Positions 51,717 through 64,000 of a stretch of DNA of 64,000 bases are shown in pieces. The notes beneath the pieces were generated by a model that did not search any database, had not been told where the DNA came from, and saw only the letters and a program-made list of their open reading frames with translations. The stretch comes from Raja brachyura (Eukaryota). The number at the start of each line of letters is the position of its first letter. The first letter of the stretch is position 1. The stretch is taken from contig OY740792.1 of the NCBI GenBank assembly GCA_963514005.1, forward strand, positions 36,022,001-36,086,000, written 5' to 3'. The position numbers were made by a program, and so were the translations under genes.

Positions 51717-51790
51717 CGGGAAGACTCGCTAACGGCAGGTACTCGGGAAGACTCGCTAATGACAGGTAAGCACAGGAAGACTCGTGAAGA
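51717..51790 (+). repeat. ~27-29-bp tandem repeat (GGGAAGACTCGCTAA...) x3, probably inside a MITE remnant extending to about 51890
   Basis: Three GGAAGACTCG units sit at the break point of the CR1 fragment. Confidence 0.6.
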
Positions 51791-52619
51791 TTTTTCAACA
51801 TGAGAACCGACGACTGGCCATTACCGTAAATCTCTGAGTTCAAATCAGGGCAAACTTGGGAGAACTCTTGGAATGAACTCGTACCGTGGGGTTTAAGTGT
51901 GTAGGGAGTGGGTGAGAAAGTGGGATAGCGGAACTAGTGTGAACGGGTGATCAATGGTCGGCATGGACTCAATGGGCCAAAGGGCCTGTTTCCATGCTGT
52001 ATCGCTGCACTAAACTAAACATGACTTCACTGGCTGGTGAAAGTTCCAACCCTGGATACCGTTTTCATTTTTGCATGCTGCGTTATACCAGTTGGCACAG
52101 TGAACACAAATCACCAATGGCAAACGGTACCAATTAAGGGGATGACATTTAATAAATTACAGTTAATCTCTACATACACTGACAATGGCATTTATTTATT
52201 TACCTATTAATGTATGACAAATACATTTAAAAGGATTTCAAATTATTCTATAAAACAATACAGATTGTTTATTTCTTTGTGTGGGAAAGAACTGCAGATG
52301 CTGGTTTAAATTTGAAGTAGACACAATCTTTAATGAGCTTAGAAAATCTGGGCTTTCAAATAATTGGAGTCTGTACAAAAGCATCATTCTGTTACATACA
52401 TTACATTACTGCCGGTTCCAGGTTTCAATGGATTTTCAAATCAATTTAGAATGGAGATAAATCGCAGTTTCATAAACCAGTGAAATGTGTGATGCATCTG
52501 CCTCAGTGTAAAGGAGATGGCAATAAATATTTTCACTTCAATGGTCTCAATTCGTTATTTTATTTTTTCTACCTGTACATTCCTCACCCCTTGCCCCATC
52601 CCCAAGGAATAAAGGCATA

Positions 52620-53350
52620 GATTATTTTCTAAATGGGGAAAGAATTCTGGAATGTGAGGTGCACAGGGACCTAGGAGGAGTGCTAGTGCAGGATTCCCAA
52701 AAAGTGAACTTGCAAGTTGAAGTAAGGAAGGCGAATGCAATGTTAGCATTTATTTTAAGAGGGCTAAAATACAAAAAACAGGAATGTAATGCCGAGGCTT
52801 TAAAAGGCACTGGTCAGACCACATTTGGAGTATTGTGAGCAATTTTGAGCCCAATATCTGAGGAAGGATGTGCTGGTGATGGAGAGGGACAAGAAGGGGT
52901 TTACCAGAATGATCCCAGGAATGATTGGATTAATGTATGAGAAGCATTTGAAGGCACTGGGCCTGTACTCGCTGGATGAAGGATGAGGGGACACCTCATT
53001 GAAACTTACCGAATGGTGGAGGGCCTGGATAGAGTGGACGTGGAGTGGGTGTTTCCAATAGTGGGAGAGTCAAGGACCATAGGCCATGGTCTCACAATGA
53101 AAGGACGTACCTTTAGAAAGGAGACAAGGAGCAAAAGGGTGGTGAATCTGTGGAATTCATTGCCACAGATGGCTGTGGAGGCCAAACCAATGCATATTTT
53201 TATGGTGGAGATTGATAAATAGTACAGGTGTCAGAGGTTATGAGGAGAAGACAGGAGAATGGGGTTGAGACGGAAAGATAGATCAGTCATGATTGAATGG
53301 TGGAGTAGATTTGATGGGTCAATGGCGTAGTTCTGCTCTTTGAATCTATG
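52620..53350 (+). mobile_element. CR1 LINE 3' fragment (older, degraded)
   Basis: Contains KANAMLAFI-, LVRPHLEYC- and GHLIETY-like segments followed by the CR1 3' UTR. Confidence 0.78.
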
Positions 53351-55582
53351 AGGGTCACCACCTTGTTGTTTAGTTCTTAGTTTAGTTTAGAGATGCAATA
53401 TTGAAACAGCCCCTTTGGCCCACTGAGTCTGTGCCAGACCAACGCCCACCCATTCACACTAGTTCTATCCTACACACTCGGGACAATTTTTACAGTGGCC
53501 GATTAACCTACAAACCTGCACATCTTGTGTGAGCTTCAGATCCAATTTCACATTTTAATTGGAAAATCAAGACTCCTATGGCCAGAGAAGGACTAGTACC
53601 TACTTTACTTTCTCATTTGACATTTTTACTTTTCTTTTCACTTTTTCAAAACGTTATGTTTTCTTGCTTTCTTTCCTGCCCGTTTGCAGTTAGTCTGAAA
53701 AATGATCCCGGTGCAAAACATCACCTGTCCATGTTCTCCAAAGATGCTGACTGACCCACCAAGTTACTCCAGCACTGTTTTTTTTGGTATAACCAGCAAT
53801 TGCAGTTCCTGGTTATCACTTTACCATATGTCGATTTAAAAACTCACCAGCAATAGAAGAGAAAAGGTAGAGTTTTATGGGTCCATGCCGACAAAGATGC
53901 CCCATCTACGCTAGTCCCATTTGCCTACCTTTGGCCCGATATCCTTCCAATCCTATCCTACCCATGTATATATCCAAATAGCTTTTGAATGTTATAGTAC
54001 CTGCCACAACCACCTCCTCTGGCAGCTCGTTCCATAAACCCAACAGTCTCTGTGTGGATAAAGTTGCCCCTGGGGTTCCTATAAAATCTTTCCCTTCTCA
54101 CCATAAACCTATGCCCTCTGGTTCTTGATTCCCCAGCTCTGGGTACAAGACTCTGCATTCACCCTATCTATTCTCCATTTTCTTCATTAAACAAAAGTAA
54201 AAATTGTAAGCTTGAAACAGAAGCAGAAAATCATGCAAGTCAAACAATACTCAATCAGCATCTGTGAACGAAACAGGTTAATGGTTAAGGTACATCTGCT
54301 TCATCAGCAATGTCTTGCAGCATTATGCATCACAGCTGGGATTAGAATAATGCTGACTGAAATATCTCGGCTCTTTCTGCCTTTAAGGACAGATGGGTTT
54401 GAATTAAACTGAGCCTGGGATCAAGTTTCACACAGTAGGATTACATTTCTGCAGCGACTCAACTTTCACTTCGAAGAACAGGATTTAACTTCCACCCAAA
54501 TCGGTTCAAACACCAAAGGTACAGTGATATTTGAGTTACCATGCAGCCATACAAGTAAAAAGAACACAATACACAATAGAATTTAACATAAACATCCATC
54601 ACAGTGGAATCAACATTTCTCACTGTGATGGAAGGCGATAAATTCAGTCAATTTTCCTCCTTTGGCCTTGACCCTCTGCCGTCGCCGTTACGGACGACCC
54701 GATGTACAAACCCTCTCGTCGGGATGATCGAAACTCCGACGTGGGGATGGATCAGAACACACTCCGCGGCTTGGAGTCCCTGAATCGGCCGCTTCTTACC
54801 GGAGACCACAGCTTCATGATGTTAAAGACCACGGGCCAGCGGTCGGAGCACTTCTTCTGGCGATCCCCGGCAAGGGATCCCAGGCTCTGCTATGGTAAAT
54901 CCGCGCCCGGGGCTAGAAGCTCCGAAGACCGCTGCAGTCAGCAGGCCCCCGCGGTCGGAGCTCCAACACTGGCGACCCTTGGCAAAGGATCCCAGGCTCC
55001 GCGATGGTAAGTTCACGCCGCGCCTGCTGCCAAAGTTCTGGGCCGGTCTCTGGTCTGGAGAGGCCGCACCAAACCAGGTGTTAGGCCGTGAGGGGGGCGA
55101 AGATGCAACAAGGATAAAGTTGCATCTCCATCGAGGTAAGTGAGTGAAAACGGTTTCCCTCTATATCCCCCCCCCCCCCCAACAGACATACCGAGAAACA
55201 TTAAAACATACATTTAGACGCACTAAAAATAACAAAAATAGCAGAAACAAGACCTTCGGCCTAAAGTCCTCTCAGAGGAAAGTTCTTGAGCCGAAACGAT
55301 TGTACCTCTTCATATTTCTAGTTCCCCGACTCTCAGTTTGAGGAAGGGTCTGGACCCAAAATCACCTATTCCTTTTCTCCAGAGATGCTGCCTGACACAC
55401 TGAGTTACTCCAGCATTTTTGTGTCTATCTTCAATGTAAACCAGCGTCTGCAGTTCCTTACTACACAATGATTAAGCTGTTAGCTGCTTTCCAATACCGA
55501 GCATGACACTTGACAGTCAATGCCAACAGGCCGCATCTCAATCAGAGTTTGTCCTCAATTGGTGTTGAGCTGTAAACATTGT

Positions 55583-57745
55583 CTGGTTCACTGCAGAACT
55601 CAGACAGCTCCGAAAGCCTAAAGAGGAGGCCTACAGGAGCGGGGATGCAGGCCTCTACAGGCAGGCCAAGTACCAGCTGAGAAGAAGAATCAGAGCTGCC
55701 ATGGAAAGGTTCTCTGAGAAGTTGAGGAGCAAGTTCTCAGCCAGCGACTCTTGTTCAGTTTGTAAGGGCTTGCAAGAAATTACCAGCTACAAGAGGAAAG
55801 CCCCCCGCTCTTTGGACAATCGTCAGGTGACCAACGACCTGAATGAGTTTTACTGCAGGTTTGAAATTCAGAAACGTAAGCCTGGTATCCCCTTCCCCCC
55901 TCCCCAACCAACACAGCCAGACCCCAGTCTACAATGAATGGACCCTGCACCCTCTCCTTCCCATTCATCACTTCACACCGACTTAAGGCAAGACTCCAGT
56001 ATGAAAAGACAGGACCATTTCCCACCCCAACCAACACTTCACACCCACTCACAGCCTGACCTCAGTCTGAAAAGACTGTGCCTTTCTACACCCACCCCCC
56101 TCCAATCACCACTTCACACCCAATCATCCACACCCTCTGTGCTGCACAACATAACTTATCCAATATCAACAATAAAAATAGAGGTGGAGAAGCTTTTCAG
56201 AGGACAAAAGGGCCGGAAATCTCCAGGACCTGACAATGTTTCCCCCTCTACTCTTTACCTCTGTGCCAAACAGCTGACACCGGTCTATACAGACATTTTT
56301 AACCAGTCCCTGCAAACATGTACTGTCCCTGCCTGCTTCAAAGTCTCCACTATTGTCCCTGTACCCAAAAAGGCAAGGATTACTTGTCTTAATGACTACA
56401 GGCCTGTCGCACTGACCTCTGTAGTCATGAAGACACTCGAAAGGCTTGTGCTGGCTAAGCTGAAAAATATCACAAACTCCCTGCTGGACCCTCTGCAGTT
56501 TGCATATCGGGCTAATAGATCTGTGGATGATGCAGTCAGCCTGGGCCTGCACGTCATCCTACAGCACCTAGACCGCCAGGGGACCTATGCGAGGATCCTG
56601 TTTGTTGATTTTAGCTCTGCATTCAACAACATTGTGCCAGAGCTACTAAACTTCAAACTTTCCGAGTTGACTGTGGCTGAACCCCTCTGTCAGTGGATCA
56701 CCAACTTCCTGACAGACAGGAAGCAGCATGTTATGCTGGGAAAGTACATCTCGGACCCGCAAACACTCAGCATAGGAGCATCGCAAGGCTGCGTACTCTC
56801 TCCTCTCCTCTCTCTACACCAACGATTGCACCTCCACAGACACCTCTGTCAAAGTTCTCAAGTTTGTGGACGACACAACCCTGATTGGACTGATCCAGGA
56901 TGGGGAGGAATCTGCCTACAGACAGGAGGTGTCACAGCTGGCCTCCTGGTGCCGTATCACCAACCAAGAGCTCAATGCTCTTAAGACAGTGGAATTGATT
57001 GTAGACTTTAGGAGAGATCCCCCTCTCCTCACCCCATTCACTATCAACAACACCACAGTCACATCTGTGGAGTCTTTTAAGTTCCTGGGAACCATCATCT
57101 CCAAGGACCTTAAGTGGGGGGCTACCATCGACTCCACAGTCAAAAAGGCACAACTGAGGATGTACTTCCTGTGGCAGCTGAGGAAGCACAATCTGCCACA
57201 GGCAATGATGGTCCAATTCTACATGGCCATCGTAGAGTCTGTTCTCACCTTCTCCATCATGGTCTGGTTTGGCTCAGCCCCCAAGCACGACACCTGGAGG
57301 CTGCAGCAAATCATCCGATCAGCAGAGAAGATTATTGGCTGCAACCTTCCCTCCATTGATGAACTGTACACTGCAAGGTCCAGGAAGCGAGCGGGTAAGA
57401 TCATCTCTCATCCCTCTCACCCTGCCACAAAATCTTTGAATCGCTTCCCTCTGGAAGGCGACTCCAGACTGTCAGAGCTGCCACAGCCCGACATAAAAAC
57501 AGTTTTTATCCACGAGTAGTTGCTCTCGTCAACAGCCTAAAATCTGTAGCCTCCCTGTGATCTGGTATTTTGTTGGTTCACATGCTTGATCAATGGTGTT
57601 TTATCATTAATTTCTTATTATTATTATTAATGTTTAGTGTTTTCCGAGTCATTCGTAACTGTCACTGTATGTAATGTTGTTACTTGTGGGTGGAGCACCA
57701 AGGCAAATTCCTTGTATGTGAATACTTGGCCAATAAACTTACTTA
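55583..57745 (+). mobile_element. Rex1/Babar-type non-LTR retrotransposon, 5'-truncated, with a frameshifted reverse transcriptase
   Basis: ORFs 55938-56984 and 56866-57519 carry KSPGPD, NDYRPVALTS, QFAYR, FVDFSSAFN, QGCVLSPLL, KFVDD and FKFLG. Frameshift near 56810-56820. 3' UTR ends ATACTTGGCCAATAAACTTACTTA. Confidence 0.9.
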
Positions 57746-60700
57746 AAATGTTGCTCGCTGTTTAGAGAGTCATACAGCATGAAAACAGGCCCCTCAGCCC
57801 ATCCTGCCTACACTGACCAACATGCCCTGTCTACACTAGTCCCAACTACCCAGGTTTGGCCGATATCCTTCTAAACCTATCCTATACATGTATTAGTCCA
57901 AATGTCTTTCTAATGCTATTAATGTACCTGCATCAGCTACCTCCTCCAGCAGCTCAATCCATATACCCACCACCAATGAAAATGTTCAGAGGTTCTAGGA
58001 GCAGAATTAGGCCATTCGGCCCATCAAATCTATTTCACCATTCAATCGTGCCTTCCCTCTCAACCCCATTCTCCTGCCTTTCCCCTATAATTCCTGTCAC
58101 CTGTACTAATCAAAGTTGCCCCTCAGTTTCCTATTAAATCTTGCCCTCCTCACCTTAATACAAAGGGAGTGGACTTTTCTGCAGTTTTTGGACTTTCCTT
58201 CAATACTTCTGATTCAGAGAGTGATATTTAGTTTGGAGATACAGCAAGGAAACGGGCCCCACAGTGGCCAGCAATCACCGGTTCACACTAGTTCAAGAGT
58301 CAATATGCACCGAAACAGAACAATGACATTTTTACTTGCAGTTCTGTGTTATCCCACTTTCCCATCCAACTCCCTACACACTGGGGACAATTTTACAGAC
58401 GCCAATTAACCTACAAACCTGCATGTTTTTGGGAGGTGGGAGGAAGGTGGAGCATCAGGAGTAAACCTATGTGGTCACTGGGAGAATATGCAAACTCCAC
58501 ACACACCGACAGGATCGAACCCGGGTCTCAGGTGCAGCGAGGCAGTGGGTCTACCTGCTGCTCCATTGTGTCGCTGCTGTACACCCATCTACTCTGGTAA
58601 CAGATGCCGATAGTCCTTACGCAAAGAGCACAATCTAAAACTAACACTTGATACGTAGTATTGTGTGGAATTTACCCAGCCTCCAGCAATGTTTACCAGA
58701 ATGAGAAAGAATTTTGTGTAACAGCATTAATTGTAGTGTTATCTTTGCAAGTCTGTCTTGGGGGAAAAAAAGTCATTGTTGGCGCAGCAACTTACTGTCA
58801 TTATGACAATCGATTCATCAAAAGAAGACATTACTCCCGCATACGGAATTGTATAGACAGTGGGACCAGACAGCTGTCTCAGACGGAGGGCAATTTACAG
58901 GAAAAAGTCAGTCCTGCCTTATGCGGATGTCAGCTAATAAAAAACCCATTAATGCTCTTCAATCTCTCTCTAGGTATACATCACCAAAGTGGTTCATCCA
59001 ATATAGTAAATCCTTGCAACAACGGACCGCTCTATAACTGATAGACACAAAACGCTGGAGTAACTCAGTGCGTCAGGCAGCATTTCTGGAGAAAATAGGT
59101 GCCGTTTAGGTCGAGTACCTTCTTCAGATTCTGTAAACCCACAAACGGATATAACCTATACAACGGATTTTGGTGATAGCGGACCAAGGCTCCCGTTGCA
59201 TCACCCCACCCCCCCCCCCCCCCCCCCTCACCCCCACTTCCGTCAGTTACCCAACGTGGCGGGAACTTCCGGTTGCAGGAGCGGAGAGAGCGAGCAGCAC
59301 AAAGGTGGCGTGAATACCAGGCCCGTCCCCAGCGCACTGTATGTCGGGGCGCTGCGACTCCCAGGCCTGCGATTACCCGCTTGTCCCCCCCCCCCCCAAC
59401 AAATGCAAAATTCCGATTAATTCAGTCTGCTTAAATATAGAAGTGAGGCAACTTATAACATTTAAAAACTATACTTTAGTTTAGTTTATTATTGTCATGT
59501 GTACCGAGGTGCAGTGAAAAGCTTTCTTTGCTGCGTGCTATCCTATCAGCAAAAAGACTATACGTATGAAAAAAGAATATCTGCTGTTCCTTCGTACAAA
59601 TGTGTTTAGGTTCTTGTTTATTATTGTTATGTGTACCAAGGTACAGTGAAAAGCTTTGATTTCTATGCTATCCAATCAGATCAGTTAATAGAACAAAACA
59701 CAACAAAGTCGAACTTAGTATAATAGGTAGGGCAAAGGGGAAGATGCAGAGTGCAGAATATAGTTGAGGCAGGTACTATCGCAACATTTAAGAAACATTG
59801 CACCCGAAAGTCGGAAGTACCCGACTGCTGGTGTTGTCTGTAAGGAGTTTGTACGTTCTCCCCATGACCTGCGTGGGTTTTCTCCAAGATCTTTGGTTTC
59901 CTCCCACTCTCTAAAGACGTGCAGGTTTGTAGGCTATTTGGCTTGGAATAACAGTAAATTGTCCCTGGTGTGTGCAGGATGGTGTTAACGTGTGGATGGC
60001 AGGTCGGCATGGACCCGGTGGGCCGAAGGGCCTGTATCTCTAAACTAAACATTTAGACAGGGCCCGTTTCTACGCTGTATCTCTAAACTAAATATAATAT
60101 TGAAAGTTGCTATATCATGGCAATATCATATTCATTGCTACAAAAAGTATGAAAGATTATCAAATAAATGACAAGCGTAGGGGGGCATATAAACTAACAA
60201 TAGTAGGAAAATGCAGAAATGGAAATTCAATTTATGAATACAGTACTAACATAAACGTAGCAAACGACTTTTGAATTTTGTGCAGTTATCACATATCCAA
60301 ATGCAGCTTTCAGAAGGCTTTTGCTGGGGTATTAAATAAGAAGCTTCTCTGTACAATTGAAGCCCTAGGTATTAGTGGAAAGCTAAAATTCTGAATTGAG
60401 AATGAATTTGTGGGTGGATTTGGATAAGCCTGGAGTGCCACACGCATAAATGCTGAATGTCGACTGAAGGCAATCTGCATCTACACCTTGTGTGAGGAGA
60501 CCCAGTTGGTAGGTTGGCTCATAAATATTGGTCAGAAACAGATTGTGAGGAGGATTTACAATAGACTGCATCTACACTGTTTGTATTACTCATTATCACC
60601 TTCCCCACAGCCAACAATGGACCATTGAGGGCTCCACCTTTCCTTGACCATGATTGCTGGCTTTGATCTGTCTTTTTGCATTATCTTTCATTAATTTGTT

Positions 60701-63700
60701 CTATGTACCTTTTCATATCTCTGGATTCCCTCTCCCCCGGGTCTCACTCAGAAGAACGGTCTTGATTCAAAACGTCACCTATTTCTTTTCTCCGGAGATG
60801 CTGCCTGACCGGCTGAGTTACTCCAGCTTTTTGTCTATCTTCGGTGTAAACCAGCATCTGCAGTTTCTTCCTACACAGACTGCATCACGGCCTGGTTCGG
60901 CAATTTGAACCCCCAGGAATGAAGCAGATTATGGAGAGTGATGAACTGCCGGGTCTATCATGGGTACTGACTTTCCCACCATCAAAGGGATCGACAGGAG
61001 GCATTATCAAAGACCTTGACCACCCTGGCTGTGCTCTCTTTTCTCTCCCATCATTGGGAAAAAAACATAGAAATTAGGTGCAGGAGTAGGCCATTCGGCC
61101 CTTCGAGCCTGCCCCGCCATTCAATATGATCATGGCTGATCATCCAACTCAGTACCCTGTACCTGCCTTCTCTCCATACCCCCTGATCCCCTTAGCCACA
61201 AGGGCCACATCTAACTCCCTCTTAAATAAAGCCAATGAACTGGCCTCAACTACCGTCTGTGGCAGTTGGTGCAGAAAGCCTGAAAACCATGACCACCAGG
61301 TTCATGTGCAATGTATAGTTTAATTGACCCCTGTAAATTGCCCCTAATGTGCAGGGATTGATGAGAAAATGATGGGATAACGTGGAACTAGTTAGTGTGA
61401 ACGGGTGATCGATGGTTGCCATAGACTTGGTGGGTCGAAGGGCCTGTTTCCATCCAAACTAAATTAAACCAGATCTGGATTGTGAGCTTGAATTATGGAG
61501 AAAGGTTAGATAGGCCGGGATATTTTTCTTTAGAGCATGGGAGGCTGAGGAGTGACCTTATTGAGGTGTATAAGATCATGAGGGGCATGGATAAAGTGAA
61601 TAATCACACTGCCTTTTTCCCCCCATGGTAGAAGATACTAAAACTAGAGGGTAGAGGCTTAAGGTGAAAGCTTAGAGATTGGAAACATTAATTTTGATTT
61701 ATGGTTTTTCTTGTCCCAATTCAACAAATGGAAAAATATTTAGATGGGGCCATATAGGGCAACTTTTTCCATTCAGAGGGTAGTCTGCACCTGGAATGAG
61801 CTGCCAGAGGAAGCTAGAGAAGCGGACATAATTACGACTTTTAAAAGACAATTGGACAGAGATATAGATACAAAGAGTTTACAGAGATATGGGGCTAAAT
61901 ATGGAGTTTAGCCTAGTATGCCAACTTGATCGACGTGGACAAGATGGATGGGCCGATGGTACACACCTTTGACTCTATGACCAGTGGAAAAATAATGTAA
62001 GACAAGTAATCTTTAGACTTTACTTTATATTTCAGAAATACAACACAGCGGTAGAGGTGCTACCTTACAGCGCAAGAGACCCGGGTTCGATCCCGACTAC
62101 GGCTGCTGTCTGTACGGAGTTTTATGTTCTCCCCATGACCATGTGAGTTTTCTCTGGGTGCCCTGGTTTCCTCCCACACTCCAAAGACATACAGGTTTGT
62201 AGATTCATTAGCACCAGTAAAATTGTAAATTGTCCCAAGTGTGTGTGGGATAATGTCAGTGTGTGGGGGTCGCTGGTCAACACGGTTCCAATGGGCCGAG
62301 AGGTCTGTTTCCGCGCTGTATCTTATATAAAAAATTGAACTTGGCATCATGCTTGGCATGGACATTATGGGCCGAAGGGCCAGTTCCCGTACTGTGGAGC
62401 TCTATGACTATATCTTCTTGGACTGATATTTAAAGACTCCAAAGGATAGGTTGGAGAGAATTATCTCAAAACATGAAGCTTGTACCATAGAATGGCAACG
62501 GAAATCCATCCCATCTGGAAGAGTCTTACATTATTTGTCCCACTGTAAACATGTAGCTGTGAGTGTACAAACATCGACTCTGCTCAAGAACAAAGCTGTG
62601 GAGAACTAATGTACATCTGTCCATCACCATTTGCAGTCAGGAAAATGAAACAGGATTTTGGTTTTTAATCTTCACATGCTTTTCACATTAGAGATGGCTT
62701 TGCGGCAATACTGACACGACATCAACCACATCTTACAGACTCCAACCATGCACAATACCATTGCCACCGACTGCTTGAATTATGTATCATGTCTGAGACT
62801 CATTGTAAAGCCCCAACTCCATCATATATATTTCATTGTAGTTTGACAACAGATACAGCCAATAACATAGACATAACCAGCTATACTGGATGGCCCATGA
62901 TGCAGCGGGTAGAGCTGCTGCCTTAAAACGACAGAGATCCGGGTCCGATCCTCACTACGAGTGCCGTCTGTACGGAGTTTGTATATTCTCCCCATGACTG
63001 CGTGGGTTTTCAACGGGTGCTCTGGTTTCCTCCCACACTTCAAAACTTGCAAGTTTGTAGGTTAATTAGCCGATAAAAATTGTACATTGTCCATAGTGTG
63101 TTGGATAGTGCTAGTGTACAGGGAACACTGGTCGGCACAGACCTGGTGGGCCGAAGCGCCTGTTTCGTGCTGTATCTCTAAACTCAACTATACCCGGGTT
63201 CGATCCTGTCTACGTATCTGTGTGCTTTGCAAATTCTCTCTGTGACCGCGAGGGTTACCTCTGGGTGCTCCAGTTTTTTCTTTCACATCCCAAAGACGTG
63301 CGGGTTTGTAGGTTAATTAGCCCTCTGTAAATTGCCCCAAGCGTGTTGGGAGTGGATGAGCAACTGGGATAACATTGATCTAGTGTGATGGGGTGATCAA
63401 TGGTCGGCGTGGACTCGGTGGGCTGCAGGACCTGTTTCCACGCTGTATCTATCCAACAACAAATAATGATCAGCCATGATCACATTGAATGGCGGTGCTG
63501 GCTCGAAGGACCGAATGGCCTACTCCTGCAACTATTGTCTAAAAGGATGCAGGGACTTTGGCTGTGGCTCACAGCGGCAGCACAATGGCGCACAGGTAGA
63601 GTTGCTGCCTTACAGCGTCAGTGACTTCACCACGGGTGCTGGCAGTACAGAGTTTGCACGTTCTCCCTGTGACCACGTGGGTGTTCTCTGGGTGCCCTGG

Positions 63701-64000
63701 TTTCCTCCCACACTCCAAAGACGTACAGGTTTGTAGGTTAATTTGCACCTGCAAAATTGTAAATTGCTCCCTGTGTGTAGGGTAGTGCTAGTGTACAGGG
63801 TGATCGCTGGTCAGCACAGAAGGACCTGTTTCCACACTATCTCTAAAGTCTAACGTCCATGGAGGAAGGAACTGCAGATGCTGGTTTACATGAAGATAGA
63901 CGCAAAGTGCTGGAGTAACTCAGCGGGTCAGGCAGCATCCCTGGGGAAAAGGAATAGGTCCCGACCCAAAACATCACCAATCCATGTTCTCCAGAGATGC

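Noticed and set aside
51717-51790. Spaced direct repeats resembling a CRISPR array
   Set aside because: The 'spacers' are themselves similar and short, there are no cas genes, and the context is vertebrate, so this is an ordinary tandem repeat.
58661-59041. 126-aa ORF in non-repetitive DNA as a possible missing exon or gene
   Set aside because: It is on the opposite strand to IGSF3, has no recognisable domain, and lacks convincing splice context.
59000-59430. Possible Tigger-like MITE
   Set aside because: Only a degenerate left-end resemblance; no matching right TIR or TSD found.

Overview
Eukaryotic (vertebrate) genomic DNA, not prokaryotic. The repeat content (HE1-like V-SINEs, CR1/HER1-like LINE fragments, Rex-Babar, Penelope-like elements) points to a cartilaginous fish, probably a skate or ray; this is an inference. 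The only host gene I can support is on the minus strand: four in-frame, phase-1, GT-AG-flanked V-type Ig-domain exons (23141-23548, 21469-21858, 17163-17564, 14400-14798) of an EWI-family protein matching IGSF3 Ig domains 2-5. The rest looks like intron densely filled with transposon remnants: a 5'-truncated Gypsy with one intact LTR, a Rex-Babar LINE, many CR1 pieces, V-SINEs, and hAT-, Harbinger- and Tigger-like non-autonomous DNA elements. Most short ORFs in the track are spurious repeat ORFs. The most interesting signals are RNA-level. (1) A 137-bp TSD-flanked retroposon at 20719-20855 begins exactly at G1 of a compact HDV-like ribozyme fold and ends in a stem-loop plus (GAA)n tail, so it looks like a ribozyme-headed SINE. 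(2) A very abundant short repeat derived from the Penelope terminal repeat carries a minimal hammerhead-ribozyme core and often occurs as fold-back or tandem copies. No ribozyme activity can be shown from sequence alone. Many repeat boundaries are approximate.
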